A DNA stretch of 64,000 bases. Source: Octopus vulgaris. Lineage: Eukaryota. Made by a program: the position numbers and the translations under genes. Every line of letters begins with the position of its first letter. Position 1 is the first letter of the stretch. The stretch is from NCBI GenBank assembly GCA_951406725.2, contig OX597835.1, positions 37,572,001 through 37,636,000 of the forward strand. Direction: 5' to 3'. The notes under the pieces are model-generated. The model had not been told where the DNA came from and did not search any database. It saw nothing but the letters and a program-made list of their open reading frames with translations. Of the stretch, positions 1-13,161 are shown in pieces.

Positions 1-195
1 CGTGTAAGCCAGGCAGGTTGTTTCCAGTTTTCAGTGAAAAGCGTGTCTAACCATAGGGAAATATTTATCTTGTTTGGAAACAGGTGAGGGTTGTTGACAG
101 GAAGGGCATCCAGCTGTAGAAAATCAGCATCGATAAACTCCATTTAACTCATACAAGCAAGCATGGAAAAGTAAATGTTAAAATGATGACGATAA
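1..195 (+). mobile_element. Diverged RTE-tail-type repeat (family E-like) 3' end
   Basis: Contains GGAAGGGCATCCAGCTGTAGAAA and CATGGAAAAG..GTTAAAATGATG, running into (ATG)n; similar segment at about 47780-47970. Confidence 0.6.
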
Positions 196-441
196 TGATG
201 GGGGTGGGATGGTGATGATAATAATGGTGATGATGATGATGACAATGATGATGGTGGTGGTGGTGGTGGTGGTGGTGGTGGTGGTGATGATGGAGGTGAT
301 GTTGATGGTGATGTTGATGGTGATGATCATGGTGATGGAGGTGGTGGCAGTGGTGATGATGATGATGGAGATGATGATGATGATGGCGATAATGATGTTG
401 AAGATAATGATGACGTAGATGATGATGATGATGATGATGAT
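184..441. repeat. (ATG/GTG)n trinucleotide microsatellite
   Basis: Direct inspection. Confidence 0.95.
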
Positions 442-774
442 TCTACTTCTCCTTCCATTTCCTTTCATTTATGATTTCAAATTTTAGCAGAGGTCACTGT
501 TTTGCCTTTCATCCTTCTCCAGGTGCACAAGATAAGTACCTAATCAAGTATTTGTACTTTCCCCAATCAAACGTAGCCTTCCTCTAAAAGCGGTCTTATC
601 TGTGTTTAGCAAGCAATTATTACACGTGAATGCATTTATCTCTAAAGTGTGATTTTAGTTATTTTCATGAGTTATTATATTTACAAACAAATAACGATGT
701 TCCTTAATCATGTATACACGTACGTGTGTAATTATGTACTTGTGTATGTGTGCATGTATGTGTACATGTATGTG

Positions 775-1026
775 TACATCTATCTACCTATCTATCTATC
801 TACCTATCTATCTATCTATCTGTCTGTCTGTTTGTCTGCCCGTCTACTTGTCTGCCTATCTGTCTGTCTATCTGCCTATCTATCTACGTGTTTATATATC
901 TGTCTATCTGTTGGTCTGTGTACCTACCTATCTACCTTCCTATTTATCTATCTATCTGTCTGTCTGTCTATCTGTCTGTCTATCTGCCTGTTTGTCTACT
1001 TACCAACCTGTTTGTCTGTCTCTCTG

Positions 1027-1095
<69 letters not shown>

Positions 1096-1436
1096 TTATC
1101 TATCTATTGGTCTATCTATTTATCTATCTATTGGTCTATCTATTTATCTATCTATTGGTCTATCTATTTATCTATCAGTTGGTCTATCTATTTATCTATC
1201 TATCTATCTATCTATCTATCGGTCTATCTATTTATCTATCTATCAGTCTATCTATTTATCTGTCTGTCTGTCTATTTATCTATCTATTGGTCCATCTATC
1301 TATCTGTTGGTCTGTCTATTTATCTCTCTCTGTCTGTCTATCTATTTATTTATTGATCTATCTATCTATCTCTATTTATCTCTATCTGTCTATCTCTATC
1401 TATCTAATCTATCTCTAATCTATCTATCTGTCTGTC
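775..1436. repeat. (TCTA/TCTG)n tetranucleotide array
   Basis: Direct inspection; explains ORFs 649-1507. Confidence 0.95.
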
Positions 1437-1989
1437 AGTCAGTCCATCATCCCAGTTCATTCCCTGCGTCTGAAAGTTCAGCTCTAACTTTAAGCTCTTT
1501 TCTCTGAGACGGCATCGTAGTACAGCACATCATTAATAATTGCAGAATCAGTTCCAAACATAATCATTCAAGAGCTCAATAACCCAGCAGTCACATTTTA
1601 AGTCTTTGAATTTGTTCCACAATCATGGCTATTTGCAGTGTTTGCCTGTATATACGTTATGCTCTTACGAACATAATGCACAGAGCAAATGCTTCAACAA
1701 GGATCACGCAGTGGAACAAGAATGACAATTGCTAACCTATACGAGACCTGAATAGAAGAAGCTGAGCTGATTAATAATTTACGATTGGGGATCAAAGGTG
1801 TGATTTCCATGGATCAAACTCTACCTGAGATGATGCCAGTTTGCTTTTCGTTTTCAGAGGGCGGGAGAGAGGGAGAGAGACAGTGAGAGATCGGTTTCTA
1901 ATGTGTTTAGCATTTTCAATAAGAATAAACAAGGCTTAAAGGACAAACATTTAAAGGAAAAGTGAGTTAGTTTTTTCCCCTGTTGCACT

Positions 1990-2151
1990 ACACACACACA
2001 TACACACACACATACACACATATACACACATACACACATACACACACACATACACACATATACACGCACATACACACATATATACACATACACACATGCA
2101 CATATATATACACATATGAACACTTGCATCACCACCACCACCACCATCATC

Positions 2152-2195
<44 letters not shown>

Positions 2196-2387
2196 TCACA
2201 TCATCAACATCATCAGCCCCATCCCCATTATCATCATCATCATCATCATTGCTTTCATTGTCCTCGCCACCACAACCACCACCATCATCATCACCATCTC
2301 CATCACCACTATCTCCATCATCATCATTACCACCATCATCTTTATCATCATCCCCACCATCACCATCAACATCAGCATCATCATCAT
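1990..2387. repeat. (CA)n then (CAC/CAT)n microsatellites
   Basis: Direct inspection. Confidence 0.95.
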
Positions 2388-2439
2388 AGTATTGAGGGAG
2401 TTGGCTTTCTGCCAAGTGATATGTTATCTTTTTTATTTT

Positions 2440-2660
2440 ATTTTTTTTATCAGTCATTAGACTGTGGCCATGCTGGGGCTTTGCCTTGGAAAATTTTTAG
2501 TCAAATGAATCGACCCCAGGATTATTTTCTTTCTAAGCATAGCACTTATTCAAGCAGTCTCCTTTTGTTGAACTTCAACATTACAGGGACGTAAACAAAC
2601 CAACACGAGTTGTCAAGCAGTGGTGGGGGACAAACAGACACAAACACACACTTACAGACA
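2440..2660 (-). mobile_element. SINE family A, 3' half
   Basis: CAGTCATTAGACTGTGGCCATGCTGG...GGACGTAAACAAACCAAC matches full copy 20790-21216. Confidence 0.8.
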
Positions 2661-2697
2661 CACACACGCACACACACACATGCACACTCACACACAC

Positions 2698-3036
2698 ATC
2701 ATCATCGTCATCATCATTCAATGTCTGTTTTCCATGCTGGCATGGGTTGGTCAGTTTGACAGGAACTGACCAGCTCTTCAGCTGGCTGCGTTCCAATTGT
2801 CTGTTTTGGCAATGTTTCTGTGGCTGGACACCCTTCCTAACACCAACCACTTTACAGAATGTACTGAGTGCCTTTACACAACACTGGCATGATTCTATTT
2901 ATGTAGCACCTGTACAGGTGTCTTCACATTGCACCAACACCCATGAGCTTGCAAGATTAGGAACGTTCAGCTGAAGAAGGATGCAGGCAACCATGCTTTA
3001 ACTTAGCTTAACATGTCCTCTCAAGTACAGTCCCCT
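2698..3036 (-). mobile_element. RTE-tail repeat (family E)
   Basis: (CAT)n-TCAATGTCTGTTTTCCATGCTGGCATGGGTTGG...GCTGGACACCCTTCCTAAC, like 15304-15500. Confidence 0.75.
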
Positions 3037-3556
3037 GTCATTCCTTCTGAGGGGTCCACTGTTATCCCTTCTGTGAGGGTCCCACTGTCATTTCCTATGA
3101 GGGGTCCACTGTTATCCCTTCTGTGAGGGTCCACTGTCATTCCCTATGAGGGGTCCACTGTTATCCCTTCTGTGAGGGTCCACTGTCATTCCCTATGAGG
3201 GGTCCACTGTTATCCCTTCTGTGAGGGTCCACTGTCATTCCCTATGAGGGGTCCACTGTTATCCCTTCTGTGAGGATCCACTGTCATTTCCTATGAGGGG
3301 TCCACTGTTATCCCTTCTGTGAGGGTCCACTGTCATTTCCTATGAGGGGTCCACTGTTATCCCTTCTGTGAGGGTCCACTGTCATTTCCTATGAGGGGTC
3401 CACTGTTATCCCTTCTGTGACGGTCCACTGTCATTTCCTATGAGGGGTCCACTGTTATCCCTTCTGTGAGTGTCCACTGTCATTTCCTATGAGGGGTCCA
3501 CTGTTATCCCTTTTGTGAGGGTCCACTGTCATTCCCTATGAGGGGTCCACTGTCAT
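3037..3556. repeat. 49-bp dimeric minisatellite (24+25 bp subunits), about 10.5 units
   Basis: GTCATTYCCTATGAGGGGTCCACT alternating with GTTATCCCTTCTGTGAGGGTCCACT. Confidence 0.95.
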
Positions 3557-4097
3557 CTTCTTGTGAGTTAACTTGGGATCTCCTAATGACAGTGTAAACT
3601 TCATGTAATCAGGGTACCCTTGGCCTGAAGGGTAGCTTGCAGTTTGCCCCTTGTTTGGAGAATTACTACTCCCAAGGTTCTGCTAGCTGTGAAACATACA
3701 AAGATTGGATTTTATCTACTCCAGTTCCCCAAAGTTTGGACTTTTATTTGCATACACAGCAACCCCAGTTACTAACTATGAACTATAAAATAACCTTTCC
3801 TTTTAGCTTATCTTACTTCAATACTGGAAAAATTCACTACCTTATGTGTCAGTAAACCACGATTGCTTCTGAAAGTTGTTTTTTAATCTCTTCTACAGAT
3901 TGCTTGAAACTCACTAACTTCCTACATCTTGATCCTTGGATCTCACCTTTACATACATACATACATACATACCTACCTACTGACTGACCAACCGACCGAC
4001 TGTGTAACTGACTGACCATCCGACTGACCGTCCGACCGACCAACCAACCGACCGACCTACCTACCTACCTCCCTACATACATACATACATAGATATA

Positions 4098-4526
4098 TGG
4101 CACGTAAAAAACCAACCTTTGAACATTGGGCCTCATGGAGTTCATTTCAAGAGGGCCTCATGGAGGCAAGGTAGCTGAGTTTCTTTCAAGTGTCAGGCCT
4201 CATGGAGGCAAAGTGGCAAAGCTCCTTTCAAGTGTTGAGCATCAAGGTGGCAATGACCAAGACCTTTGGCATTATGTCGTGCTTCAGAAGGAGACCCATC
4301 AAGCTGAGCAAAATCACAGTCATGGCAGATACCGGTGTCATGCAAATGGCACCTGTGCAGGTAGCATGTAAAAGTACCCATTACACTCTTGGAGTGGAAG
4401 GGCATCCAGCCATAGAAAACCATGCCAAAATCAGACTGGAGCCTGGCACAGTCTTCCAACTTACCAACCTTGGTCAAACCATCCAACCCATGCCAGCATG
4501 GACAATGGATGTTAAATGATGATGAT
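4098..4526 (+). mobile_element. RTE-tail repeat (family E) retaining a degraded ORF end
   Basis: GGGCCTCATGGAG (about 3 copies), GACCTTTGGCATTATGTCGTGCTT resembling LGLTE..DLWKY; ends GTTAAATGATGATG. Confidence 0.8.
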
Positions 4527-4545
4527 ATATATATATATATATATA

Positions 4546-4780
4546 TTTAATGTAGGATAAAATTATTTTGCGAAAAAATAAAAATTTATCAATGGCCAGC
4601 ATATTAAAAAATACCTTTAAAGGTTAAAATTATAAACAACTTATAAATAAGGGCAAACGAAAAAATTTCTAATGTCAAATATGCTGAAATTGAACAAAAT
4701 GGTTATGGACAATATGTTCAATTTCGGCATATTTGGCATTAGAAATTTTTCGTTTGACCTTATTTATAAGTTGTTTATAT
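4546..4780. mobile_element. (TA)n-embedded fold-back element
   Basis: About 65-bp inverted arms 4631-4696 / 4715-4779, TA tracts on both sides. Confidence 0.75.
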
Positions 4781-4796
4781 ATATTTATATATATAT

Positions 4797-4960
4797 CATC
4801 ATCATCATCATCGTTTAACGTCCGTTCTCCATGCTAGCATGGGTTGGACGGTTCGACTGGGGATCTGGGAAGCCAGAAGGCTGCACCAGGCTCCAGTCTT
4901 ATCTGGCAATGTTTCTACAACTGGATGCCCTTCCTAACGCCAACCACTCCGTGAGTGTAG
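4797..4960 (-). mobile_element. Family E 3' end
   Basis: Near-identical to 15304-15480. Confidence 0.9.
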
Positions 4961-4985
4961 TATATATATATATATGTATGTATAT

Positions 4986-5142
4986 CTTCTTTCAGATTCC
5001 ATCTACCAAAGTCCTGTGAGGGACTTTGGTCAGCCTGAGGCTATATTAGTAGACACTTGACAAACTGCCATGCAGTGGGACTGAACCCAGAACCATGTGG
5101 TTGTGAAGCAAGTTTCTTACCACACAACCATGCCTACACCTA
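4986..5142 (-). mobile_element. SINE family A, 5' half
   Basis: GGGACTGAACCCAGAACCATGTGGTTG..CTTACCACACA (reverse of tRNA-like head). Confidence 0.8.
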
Positions 5143-6169
5143 TATGGCTATTTCTGCTGGCTAACCTGGCTCAAACCAATATATTATTTAAATGAAGCAT
5201 TGTTTTTCAGCCAGGTGCCATAGGTAAACTTTACCTATTTTCTGAATAAAAGGTCTCTTATCCCTTCCTTCATCAAAGGTACAAAGCCAGCAGTTGATGG
5301 GCTGAAATCCCTGCCTTCACTGCTTGTAGCTCAAGGACTTTTGGAGACATGTGTATATTTTGTTGTTGTTGTTGTGGTTGTTGCTGTTACTGTTGATGGT
5401 ATTGCTGTTGTTTTCCTTGTTGTTGTTGTTGTTACTGCTGTTGCTACAGCTGCTGCTGTTGCTGTTGTTGTTGTTATTTTTGTAGTTGTTGTAGTTGTGG
5501 TTTGTGCAATACACTTTTACCTCGTCTCCATTACGAAACTATACCATCACCACCACCACCACCAACAAGCCTCATGCAGCATCGCATCGCACCACAATGC
5601 ACTCTCTTTAACATTGCCATCCACCACCACCACCACCATTCCACCACGACCACCACCAGAAGCCACTGTGGAGCTTTTAAAAGAGATCCAACTTTGGACA
5701 CACAGACAGACATATATATATTCCAGCAACATGCTTTCTTAATTAGCTTTCTGCTTTAGTTCAGAGGTGCGGGTTGGGGTGGTGGTGGTGGTGGTGATGG
5801 GCGGCAGTGGCAGTTGTGTGTGTGTGTTTAGGGAGGGGGATGAGGAGAGAAAAGAAATGAGATCCCTGCTGTCACCATCACCACCATCTCTAACATCATC
5901 TTCCTCATCCTTCCCATCATCATCATCATCATTGTCATCATCATCAGTACATCTTTCCCCTCTCCTCTCTTCTTCCCCCTCATCCCTTGCTCCTATCTCC
6001 ATATCTTTTATCTTATCCTATCTCTCTCTCTCTCTCTTTCTGTCTCTCTCTCTTTCTTTCTGTCTCTGCTTCACATGGGGCCAACTGGGAGATATGCTGG
6101 TAACCTAGCAACGGCATGGCACCTGCAGCTGGTGACACAGTATCTTGTTCTACTGATGAGAAAGGTATC

Positions 6170-7855
6170 AGGGATGGTGGAGGTGGTGGTGGTGGTGGTG
6201 ATGATGATGATGATGATGATTGTGGTGGTGGTGGTGAAGATGATGACGACGATGATGCTGGTGGTGGTGGTGGTATTGGTGGTGGTAGTGCTGGTAATGT
6301 TGGTGGTGGTATGGTGGTGGCGGTGGTGAAGATGACAATAATGATGACGATAATAGTGGTGGTGGTGTTGGTGATGGAAAACATGATGACGATGATGCTT
6401 ATGATGGCAGTGATGATGAGATGAAGAAGACAGTGGTGATGTTGGTATAGGTGGTTGTGATAGTGGTGACTATGGTGGTGATGATAATGGTGGTGTTGGC
6501 AGTGGTGGCAGTGGCGATGGTGATGATAGTATTATTGATGATGATGATGCTTATGATGGTGCTGGAAAAAATGAAAATAATGATGATGGTTATGGTGATG
6601 GTGATGGTGATGATGATGATGATAATGTTGATAGTGATGATGATGGTGGAACTGGTGGTGGTGTTGGTGCAGGTGGTAATGATGATGACGACGACGACGA
6701 CGATGATGATGATGATGACGATGATAGTGGTGGTACTGATAAGAACGGCAATAACACTGATAATGACGATAATGTTGGTGATGAGGATGATGATAGTGTG
6801 TGTTGGTGGGGGAGGGGTACCAGCAGCAATAATGATGGTTGTGATGATGTTGATGATGCTGTTGATAATTGCGTTGGTGGTGGTGGTGATAGATGTAATT
6901 ATCATCGATGTTGTTCAGCATTGGGTAAACCCCAGGCCAGCTGACTTAACGTTATATCAATGGCATTCCAATGGTGACCATCCAGTCAGGGAACTGCATT
7001 CTGATGGTGCTGGTGGTGGGGTGTCAATGATGGTGGGAGTGGTTGTATTATCAGTTTTAATAGTAGTAATGGTGGTGGTGGTATTGATAATGGTAGCATC
7101 GAGGGGGTGTGGTGATGGTGGTGTGGTGGTGATATGTTTCGAGTAAACAGTGTGGATGATGTTGGAATGGTGATGTGACAGGGGGCGGGGTAGTACGAGG
7201 GTAGTGGAGATGGTGATGCTGATGTCAATGATAGAAATGCTTATAGTTATGAAGATGACAATGATGATGTTGATAATGATAATGATAAAGATGATGATGA
7301 TGATGATGGTTGTGGTGGTGATGGTGGTGATTAGTGATAGTGACAGTAATGACAATGGAGGTAACAGGTGGTGATGATGATGGTGGTGGTGATAATGATG
7401 ATGATGATGATGGTGGTTGTGGTGGGGTCGGGGGTGATTGGTGCCGATTACAATAATGATAATGGAGGTATGGTGATGGTGATATTGATGATGATAATAA
7501 TAGTTGTGGTGGTGGTGCTGGTAGTGATTGGTGATAATGATGATGATGATGACAGGTGACAGAGGTGGTGATGATGATGATAATTAATGGTTGTGGTGGT
7601 GGTGGTGGCGGTGGTGGTGGTGATTGGTGATGAAGATGATAATGAAGATGTTGACAGAGATGGTAATGATGAGGATGTTGATGATGGTGATTGGTGATGA
7701 TGAATGTGACGGTGGTCGATGATAATGATGCTGATTATGATTATGTTGATGATGGATCGGGTTGTTATAGATGATGATAATGATAATGAAGATGACAACG
7801 ATGATGATGACACTTCTACTGTTACTGATGATGATGATGGTAGTGATGATGATGC
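6170..7855. repeat. Long degenerate (GAT/GGT)n trinucleotide field
   Basis: Direct inspection. Confidence 0.9.
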
Positions 7856-7859
7856 ATTA

Positions 7860-8110
7860 ACAATGGATTCAAATTTTGGCACAAGGCCAGCCAGTTCAGT
7901 TGTGGGTGGCAGGAGGGGGGGTAAGTTGATTACATTGACCCCCACCCCACCTCACCCCATGCTCAACTGGTACTTATCAATCCCCCCACCCAAAAGGATG
8001 AGAGGCAAAGCTAACTTCAGCAGAATTTGAACTCTCAACGTAAAGTAACACAAAATGAGGCTAAGCATTTCCTTCTAGCGTTCTAGCGATTCTGCCATCT
8101 TGCTGCCTTA
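7860..8110 (-). mobile_element. SINE family B (diverged)
   Basis: AACTGGTACTTA..AGGATGAGAGGCAAAG..GAATTTGAACTC..GATTCTGCCA. Confidence 0.75.
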
Positions 8111-8211
8111 ATGCTATGGCATTTAATCTGGCCATATCCAGCCCAAATATTCTACGTTTGAACTGGCCAGATCCTACCTCTCACACCCACCCCACAATGT
8201 CATTTGGAAAA

Positions 8212-8390
8212 GGTGCAGGAGTGGCTCTGTGGTAAGTAGCTTGCTTACTAACCACATGGTTTTGGGCTCAGTTCTACCTTGGGCAAGTATTTTCTACTAT
8301 AAGCTTTAAGCCAACTAAAGCCTTGTGAATGGATTTGGTAGACAGAAACTGAAAGAAGCCCATCATGTATGTATGTGTGTGTGTGTGTGT
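8212..8390 (+). mobile_element. SINE family A, 5' half
   Basis: GGTGCAGGAGTGGCTCTGTGGTAAGTAGCTTGC...GAAACTGAAAGAAGCCC. Confidence 0.85.
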
Positions 8391-8395
8391 GTACA

Positions 8396-8720
8396 CAAGG
8401 GCTGGACAAAATAATGGAAACACCTTAAAATTTCAAACAAATTTATTTTTATATGGAGTAGGACTGCCTTTGGCAGTAATTACAGCTTGAATTCTATTAA
8501 GTATGGACACGTACAAAGTTTGAATTGTTTCCAAAGGAATTTCTGTCCATTCTTCAGCTAAAGCAGTCTCCAGTTCTTGTAGTGATGATGGTGGAGGATA
8601 TCGACTCCCCACTTACTTTTCTAAAATATATCATAAATGTTCAATAATATTGAACATTTTGACGTTTTTATAGATATTTCAAAATTATGATGCTAGGTGT
8701 TTGCATTATTTTGTCCGACC

Positions 8721-8724
<4 letters not shown>
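8396..8724 (-). mobile_element. Internally deleted Tc1-type DNA transposon
   Basis: About 30-bp TIRs (..GGACAAAATAATGGAAACACCT / AGGTGTTTGCATTATTTTGTCC..); minus strand encodes transposase C-terminus SRYPPPSSLQELETALAEEWTEIPLETIQTLY..RIQAVITAKGSPTPY. Confidence 0.85.
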
Positions 8725-8804
<80 letters not shown>

Positions 8805-8808
<4 letters not shown>

Positions 8809-9390
8809 TTCTATAATTATGAGCATAATTATAATTAGGGTTCAGCAAAATTTGCTTCACCACATACCAAAATTTAGAAATAGCAGTTAAAATACTATTC
8901 TACTACTATAAGATATCTCCTAGACAGCAATACTCAACAACTCATGCAGGTAAAGAGAAAAAATAACAAATCCACCCGGCTCTGATTAACTCTATACGCG
9001 TTGCGGGGATAGAGAGAAGTAAAAAATGTAAAATCATATTTCTACTCACTTCCTCAGTACAGTATTTCAAATTTTAAATTCAAGAGCACTGATAATTAAC
9101 CTACATATTCGACCAAGCGTCATCAAACAGCATATATCCAAAGACCAGTACTTCCGAATTCAAACAGACGAATGAGATCTCACATTCCTCCCCACTCACC
9201 CATGTGTACCAACGAGTAAATTCTGCAGAAACTGCAGTTTACTATCAAGAAGTAAATTATATTGTCAATAATAATAAAGGGTAAAATTAATTAATCAATT
9301 AATAATTAATAATTTTAACATACCAAACTACTAAGTAAAATTATTAATTATTAATTGATTAATTAATTTTGCCCTTTATTATTATTGATT
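8805..9390. mobile_element. (TA)n-embedded element with terminal palindrome
   Basis: Inverted arms 9265-9317 / 9336-9388; shares CCACATACC.AA.TTAGAAATAGCAG and GGGTAAAATTAATTAA with 27765-28124 and 57139-57483. Confidence 0.7.
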
Positions 9391-9400
9391 ATATATATAT

Positions 9401-9670
9401 ATCACCGTGACCGACCAGGCTATCAGATGTTGCTACACATCACTGGTCACAATGCACTTTGCATTGTTTTAACCTTCAATGACGCCACCCCACTGGCTAA
9501 ATGAGTAGGCCAACAGGAGAAAGCTGTGGTGAAAGAGTACAGCAGGGATCGCCACCACCCCCTGCCGGAGCCTCGTGGAGCTTTAGGTGTTTTCGCTCAA
9601 TAAACATTCACAACACCCGGTCTGGGTATCGAAACCACGATCCTACGACCGTGAGTTCGCTGCCCTAACT
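9401..9670 (-). mobile_element. SINE family C with tail 1
   Basis: Matches 26155-26464 and 23955-24256. Confidence 0.9.
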
Positions 9671-9699
9671 ATATATATACACACACACATATACATGTA

Positions 9700-9900
9700 T
9701 ATGTTTGTGTGTTTGTGATTGTCCTGCCATCATCACTTGACAACCAATGTAGGTGTGTTTACGTCTCCATAACTTAGCAGTTTGGCAAAGGTGACCAATA
9801 AAAGAAGTACTAGGCTTACAAAGAATAAGTCCTGCGGTCGATTTGTTCGACTATAGGTGGTGCTCCAGCATGGCCACAGTCTGATATATGAAAACGTAAA
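9700..9900 (+). mobile_element. SINE family A, 3' half
   Basis: AACTTAGCAGTTTGGCAAA..GGTGGTGCTCCAGCATGGCCACAGTC. Confidence 0.8.
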
Positions 9901-9989
9901 AGCTACAAGATGAACAATAAATTAAAAAAAACAGAAAAAATATAACAGCAAGAACAACAACAACAACAACATCAATAATAATAGAATCC

Positions 9990-10021
<32 letters not shown>

Positions 10022-10027
10022 AATAAT

Positions 10028-10232
10028 AATCCTTTCTACTGTAAGCACGAGGCCTGAAATTTCGAGGGGAGGGGTAGATTGATTACATTGACCTCAGTAC
10101 ACAACTTTCAACCCTGAAATGATGAAAGACAAAGTCGACCTCAGTAGAATTTGAACTCAGAATGTAAAGATGGACAAAATGCCGTTGAGCATTTTGCTCT
10201 GAATGCTAACAATTCTGCCAGCTCGCCACCTC

Positions 10233-10280
<48 letters not shown>

Positions 10281-10595
10281 CCTTTCGATTATTGGCACAA
10301 GGCTTGAAATTTGGGGCAGGGAGATAGTCGAATACATTGATCCCAGTACTTAACTGGTGCTTAATTTATTGACCCCCCACCCCCCACCCAAGAGGGTGAA
10401 AGGCAAAGTTGACCTCATCAGAATTTGAACTCAGAACATGAAGACAGACGAAATGTCATGAAGCATTTTGCCTGGTGTGCTAACGATTCTGCCAGCTTGC
10501 CACCTTATTTAATAATAATAATAAGGATAATGATAATTTCTATAAAAGCACAAGGCCTGGTATCTTGTGTGAGGGGACTAGTTGATTACATTGAC
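10028..10595 (-). mobile_element. Head-to-tail cluster of family B SINEs separated by (TAA)n
   Basis: Copies at about 10030-10232, 10280-10505 and a partial one at 10540-10595. Confidence 0.85.
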
Positions 10596-10604
10596 TAGTC
10601 GACT

Positions 10605-10872
10605 TTTTTTGTTGTTTGTTCCTTCTCGAGCCATGCCTGGCTCATAAGGGCCAGTTTCCTGGTTTCTTGGCGTATAGGTTCCCCACCTGGATGCGACGCC
10701 GGTCCGTCACAGGTGAGCTGCAAGATGCAGGAGGAAAGAGTGAGAGAAAGTTGTGGCGAAAGAGTCAGCAGAAGTTTCACTCATAAACACACACATCACC
10801 CGGTCTGAGATTCGAACCCGCAATCCCTCGACTGCGAGTCCGCTGCTCTAACCACTAGGCCATGTGCCTCCA
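10605..10872 (-). mobile_element. SINE family C with tail 2, 11-bp TSD
   Basis: Matches 56300-56574; ACTAGTCGACT at 10594-10604 and 10873-10883. Confidence 0.9.
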
Positions 10873-11102
10873 ACTAGTCGACTACATTGACTAATTGATT
10901 ACATCGGGATGGGCTTTTCAACCTGAAGAAAATTCTTACTGGGTCCCACCTGCAAGGTCATGCACATATGGTTGTGATGCACGTGCCTGGTGTACCCTTA
11001 TCGGATGGGTAATCACGATGGGTATACTGGACTTCGTATATATGTACCCCAGTGTCACTTTGATGACATGTGCTGCTTTCTCTCTTACTCAGTAATAATA
11101 AT

Positions 11103-11310
11103 AATCCTTTCTACTAAAGGCATAAGACTTAAAGTTGTGGGTTATTTGATTACATTGACCCCAGTGTTTCACTGGTACTTGATTTATTGATCTTGAATGG
11201 ATGAAAGGCAAAGTCAACCTCAACGGTAATTTAACTCAGACTGTTGCGATGAAGAAATACTGCTAGGCATTACATCCAGCATGCTAACAATTCTGCCATC
11301 TCATTGCCTC
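11103..11310 (-). mobile_element. SINE family B
   Basis: ATCCTTTCTACTAAAGGC..GGATGAAAGGCAAAGTCAACC..TTCTGCCA. Confidence 0.8.
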
Positions 11311-11750
11311 AATAATGATGATGATGAGGATGAGGGTGATGATGATGATGATGATGATGGTAATGGTGATGATGATGATGAGGATGATGATGGTAATGGT
11401 GATGATGAGAATGATGAGGATGATGATGATGAGGGTGATGGTGATGATGATGATGATAATGGTGATGATGAGGATGAGGATGATGATGGTGATGGTGATG
11501 ATGATGATGAGGATGATGAGGGTGATGGTGATGATGATGGTAATGATGATGATGATGATGGTAATGGTGATGATGATGAGGATGATGATGGTAATGGTGA
11601 TGATGAGGATGATGAGAGTGATGATGATGATGATGAGGGTGATGGTGATGATGATGATGATGATAATGGTGATGATGATAAGGATGATGAGGGTGATGGT
11701 GATGAGGATGATGAGGGTGATGATGAGGGTGATGGTGATGAGAAGATGAT
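11311..11750. repeat. (GAT/GAG/GGT)n compound trinucleotide array
   Basis: Direct inspection; source of poly-D/poly-H ORFs. Confidence 0.95.
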
Positions 11751-11889
11751 GAAAAAAAAGAAGAATTAATAAGAATTATTAAAAAACAGCAGTAAAATTG
11801 TAAATATTTCCATATTGAGATTGCAAAAAAAAAAAAAAAATGGTTTAAATGGACATCAGAATCCAATATGGTTAAAAAAGAAACAAAAC

Positions 11890-12230
11890 AAAGATATGGC
11901 TGTGATATTCTGGAATGTTGCCAGTTCAGTCTGACATAGAGATCAAAGCAAATTCTCCAGATATTGTGATTAAAGACGGAACAGAAATAATCTATGTTTT
12001 TTTGATAGACATCTTGATTCCTTCTGATTTAAAAGAAAAACAAACAAAAAGCAAGGGAGAGAGGCTGGAAAACTATAAACTACAAGGTCTGTGGAATTGG
12101 TAATTAGCAGTATGTGGGTAGGGAAGTAAAAATGGTTCTGGTAATGATTGATGTATTGGATATGGTTAAGAACAAAATCAAGAAGAAAAAAAAACCACAT
12201 GGATAGCAGATCAAGATTTTATACAGGATA
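11890..12230 (+). pseudogene. Degraded R4/Dong-like non-LTR element, restriction-like endonuclease region
   Basis: ILW..PVQSDIEIKANSPDIVIKD..FLIDILIPSD resembles the RLE motif WD..I.TD..I.ANRPDIV..D..LID..IP.D; frameshifted. Confidence 0.7.
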
Positions 12231-12299
12231 TTAACCCTGCTAGTCTCAGAATGTATTTTACATAAGAAGATTTTAATTAATAGCGCAACTCATGGAGTA

Positions 12300-12715
12300 G
12301 ATTTCACCCTGGCCACATTAATCCCAAATATTCTGTTTTATGTTCAAACTGGCCAAACTCTCTCACCTACCCTTAGAGTGACATTCAAAAAATGAATAGT
12401 CACATCATTGAAATCTTGAAGCTATGAGATAGCGCATGCTTAACCCTTAGGTTCTACCTGTTTAATGTTCAACCTAGCCAGATCTGGCCTCTCTCACCTG
12501 ACCTACCATGTCATTTTAAAACCAAATGTTGAAATCTCGAAGTTATGTGACAACACATAATTAATTTAAAATGATGTTAATTAATAAGCATTACACCAAT
12601 AAGCATTAGAATCTGAATGTTAATATCCAGCTCAAGTATTCTAAGTGTTTCATGTTCAGATCAGTCAGATCTAGCCTTTCACACTCACCCTGCTATGTCA
12701 TTTTGAAAATAAATG
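12300..12715 (+). mobile_element. Three tandem degraded copies of a MITE-like repeat
   Basis: Recurrent ATGTTCAA..GCCAGATC..CTCTCACC..TGTCATTTT; also at 8120-8210. Confidence 0.5.
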
Positions 12716-12717
12716 CA

Positions 12718-12882
12718 CAGGCATGGCTGTGTGGTAAGAAGCTCGCTTCCCAACCACATGGTTCCAGGTTCAGTCCCTCTGCATGGAAACTTAGGCAAGT
12801 CTCTTTTACAGTAGCCTCGAGCTGACCAAAGCCCCTTGTGAATGGATTTGGTTGATGGAAACTGAAAGAAGCCCATTGTATA
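12718..12882 (+). mobile_element. SINE family A, 5' half
   Basis: GGCATGGCTGTGTGGTAAGAAGCTCGCTTCCCAACCACATGG. Confidence 0.85.
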
Positions 12883-13161
12883 TGAGACAACTTAGTAATA
12901 TTGTTAGCCTTGTGTGCCAGCAGAGAGCTTATGAAGTATTTTGCCCAGATTGGTAATCCTTCACTGTTTGTTATATAATTATAAACAAGGGGATCTAAGA
13001 GATGCCTTTGTTTATAATTTTCATCTTAATAATAGCTATAACCTGTAAGGCTTTTTTATAATTCTGATAATAGCTCTAACCTGTAAGGCTTTTTCTTCCT
13101 ATGCTGCCACTTGATTTGTTCATCATTTAAAATAATGATCTTATCCTTATTTATATATAAA

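Noticed and set aside
1669-1747. 79-nt minus-strand exon (TTCAG..GTAAGA)
   Set aside because: Stops in all three frames; could only be non-coding and has no other support
3037-3556. CRISPR-like array of hairpin repeats
   Set aside because: No unique spacers, no cas genes, eukaryotic context
11281-11866. Acidic poly-D or poly-H protein
   Set aside because: Trinucleotide microsatellite
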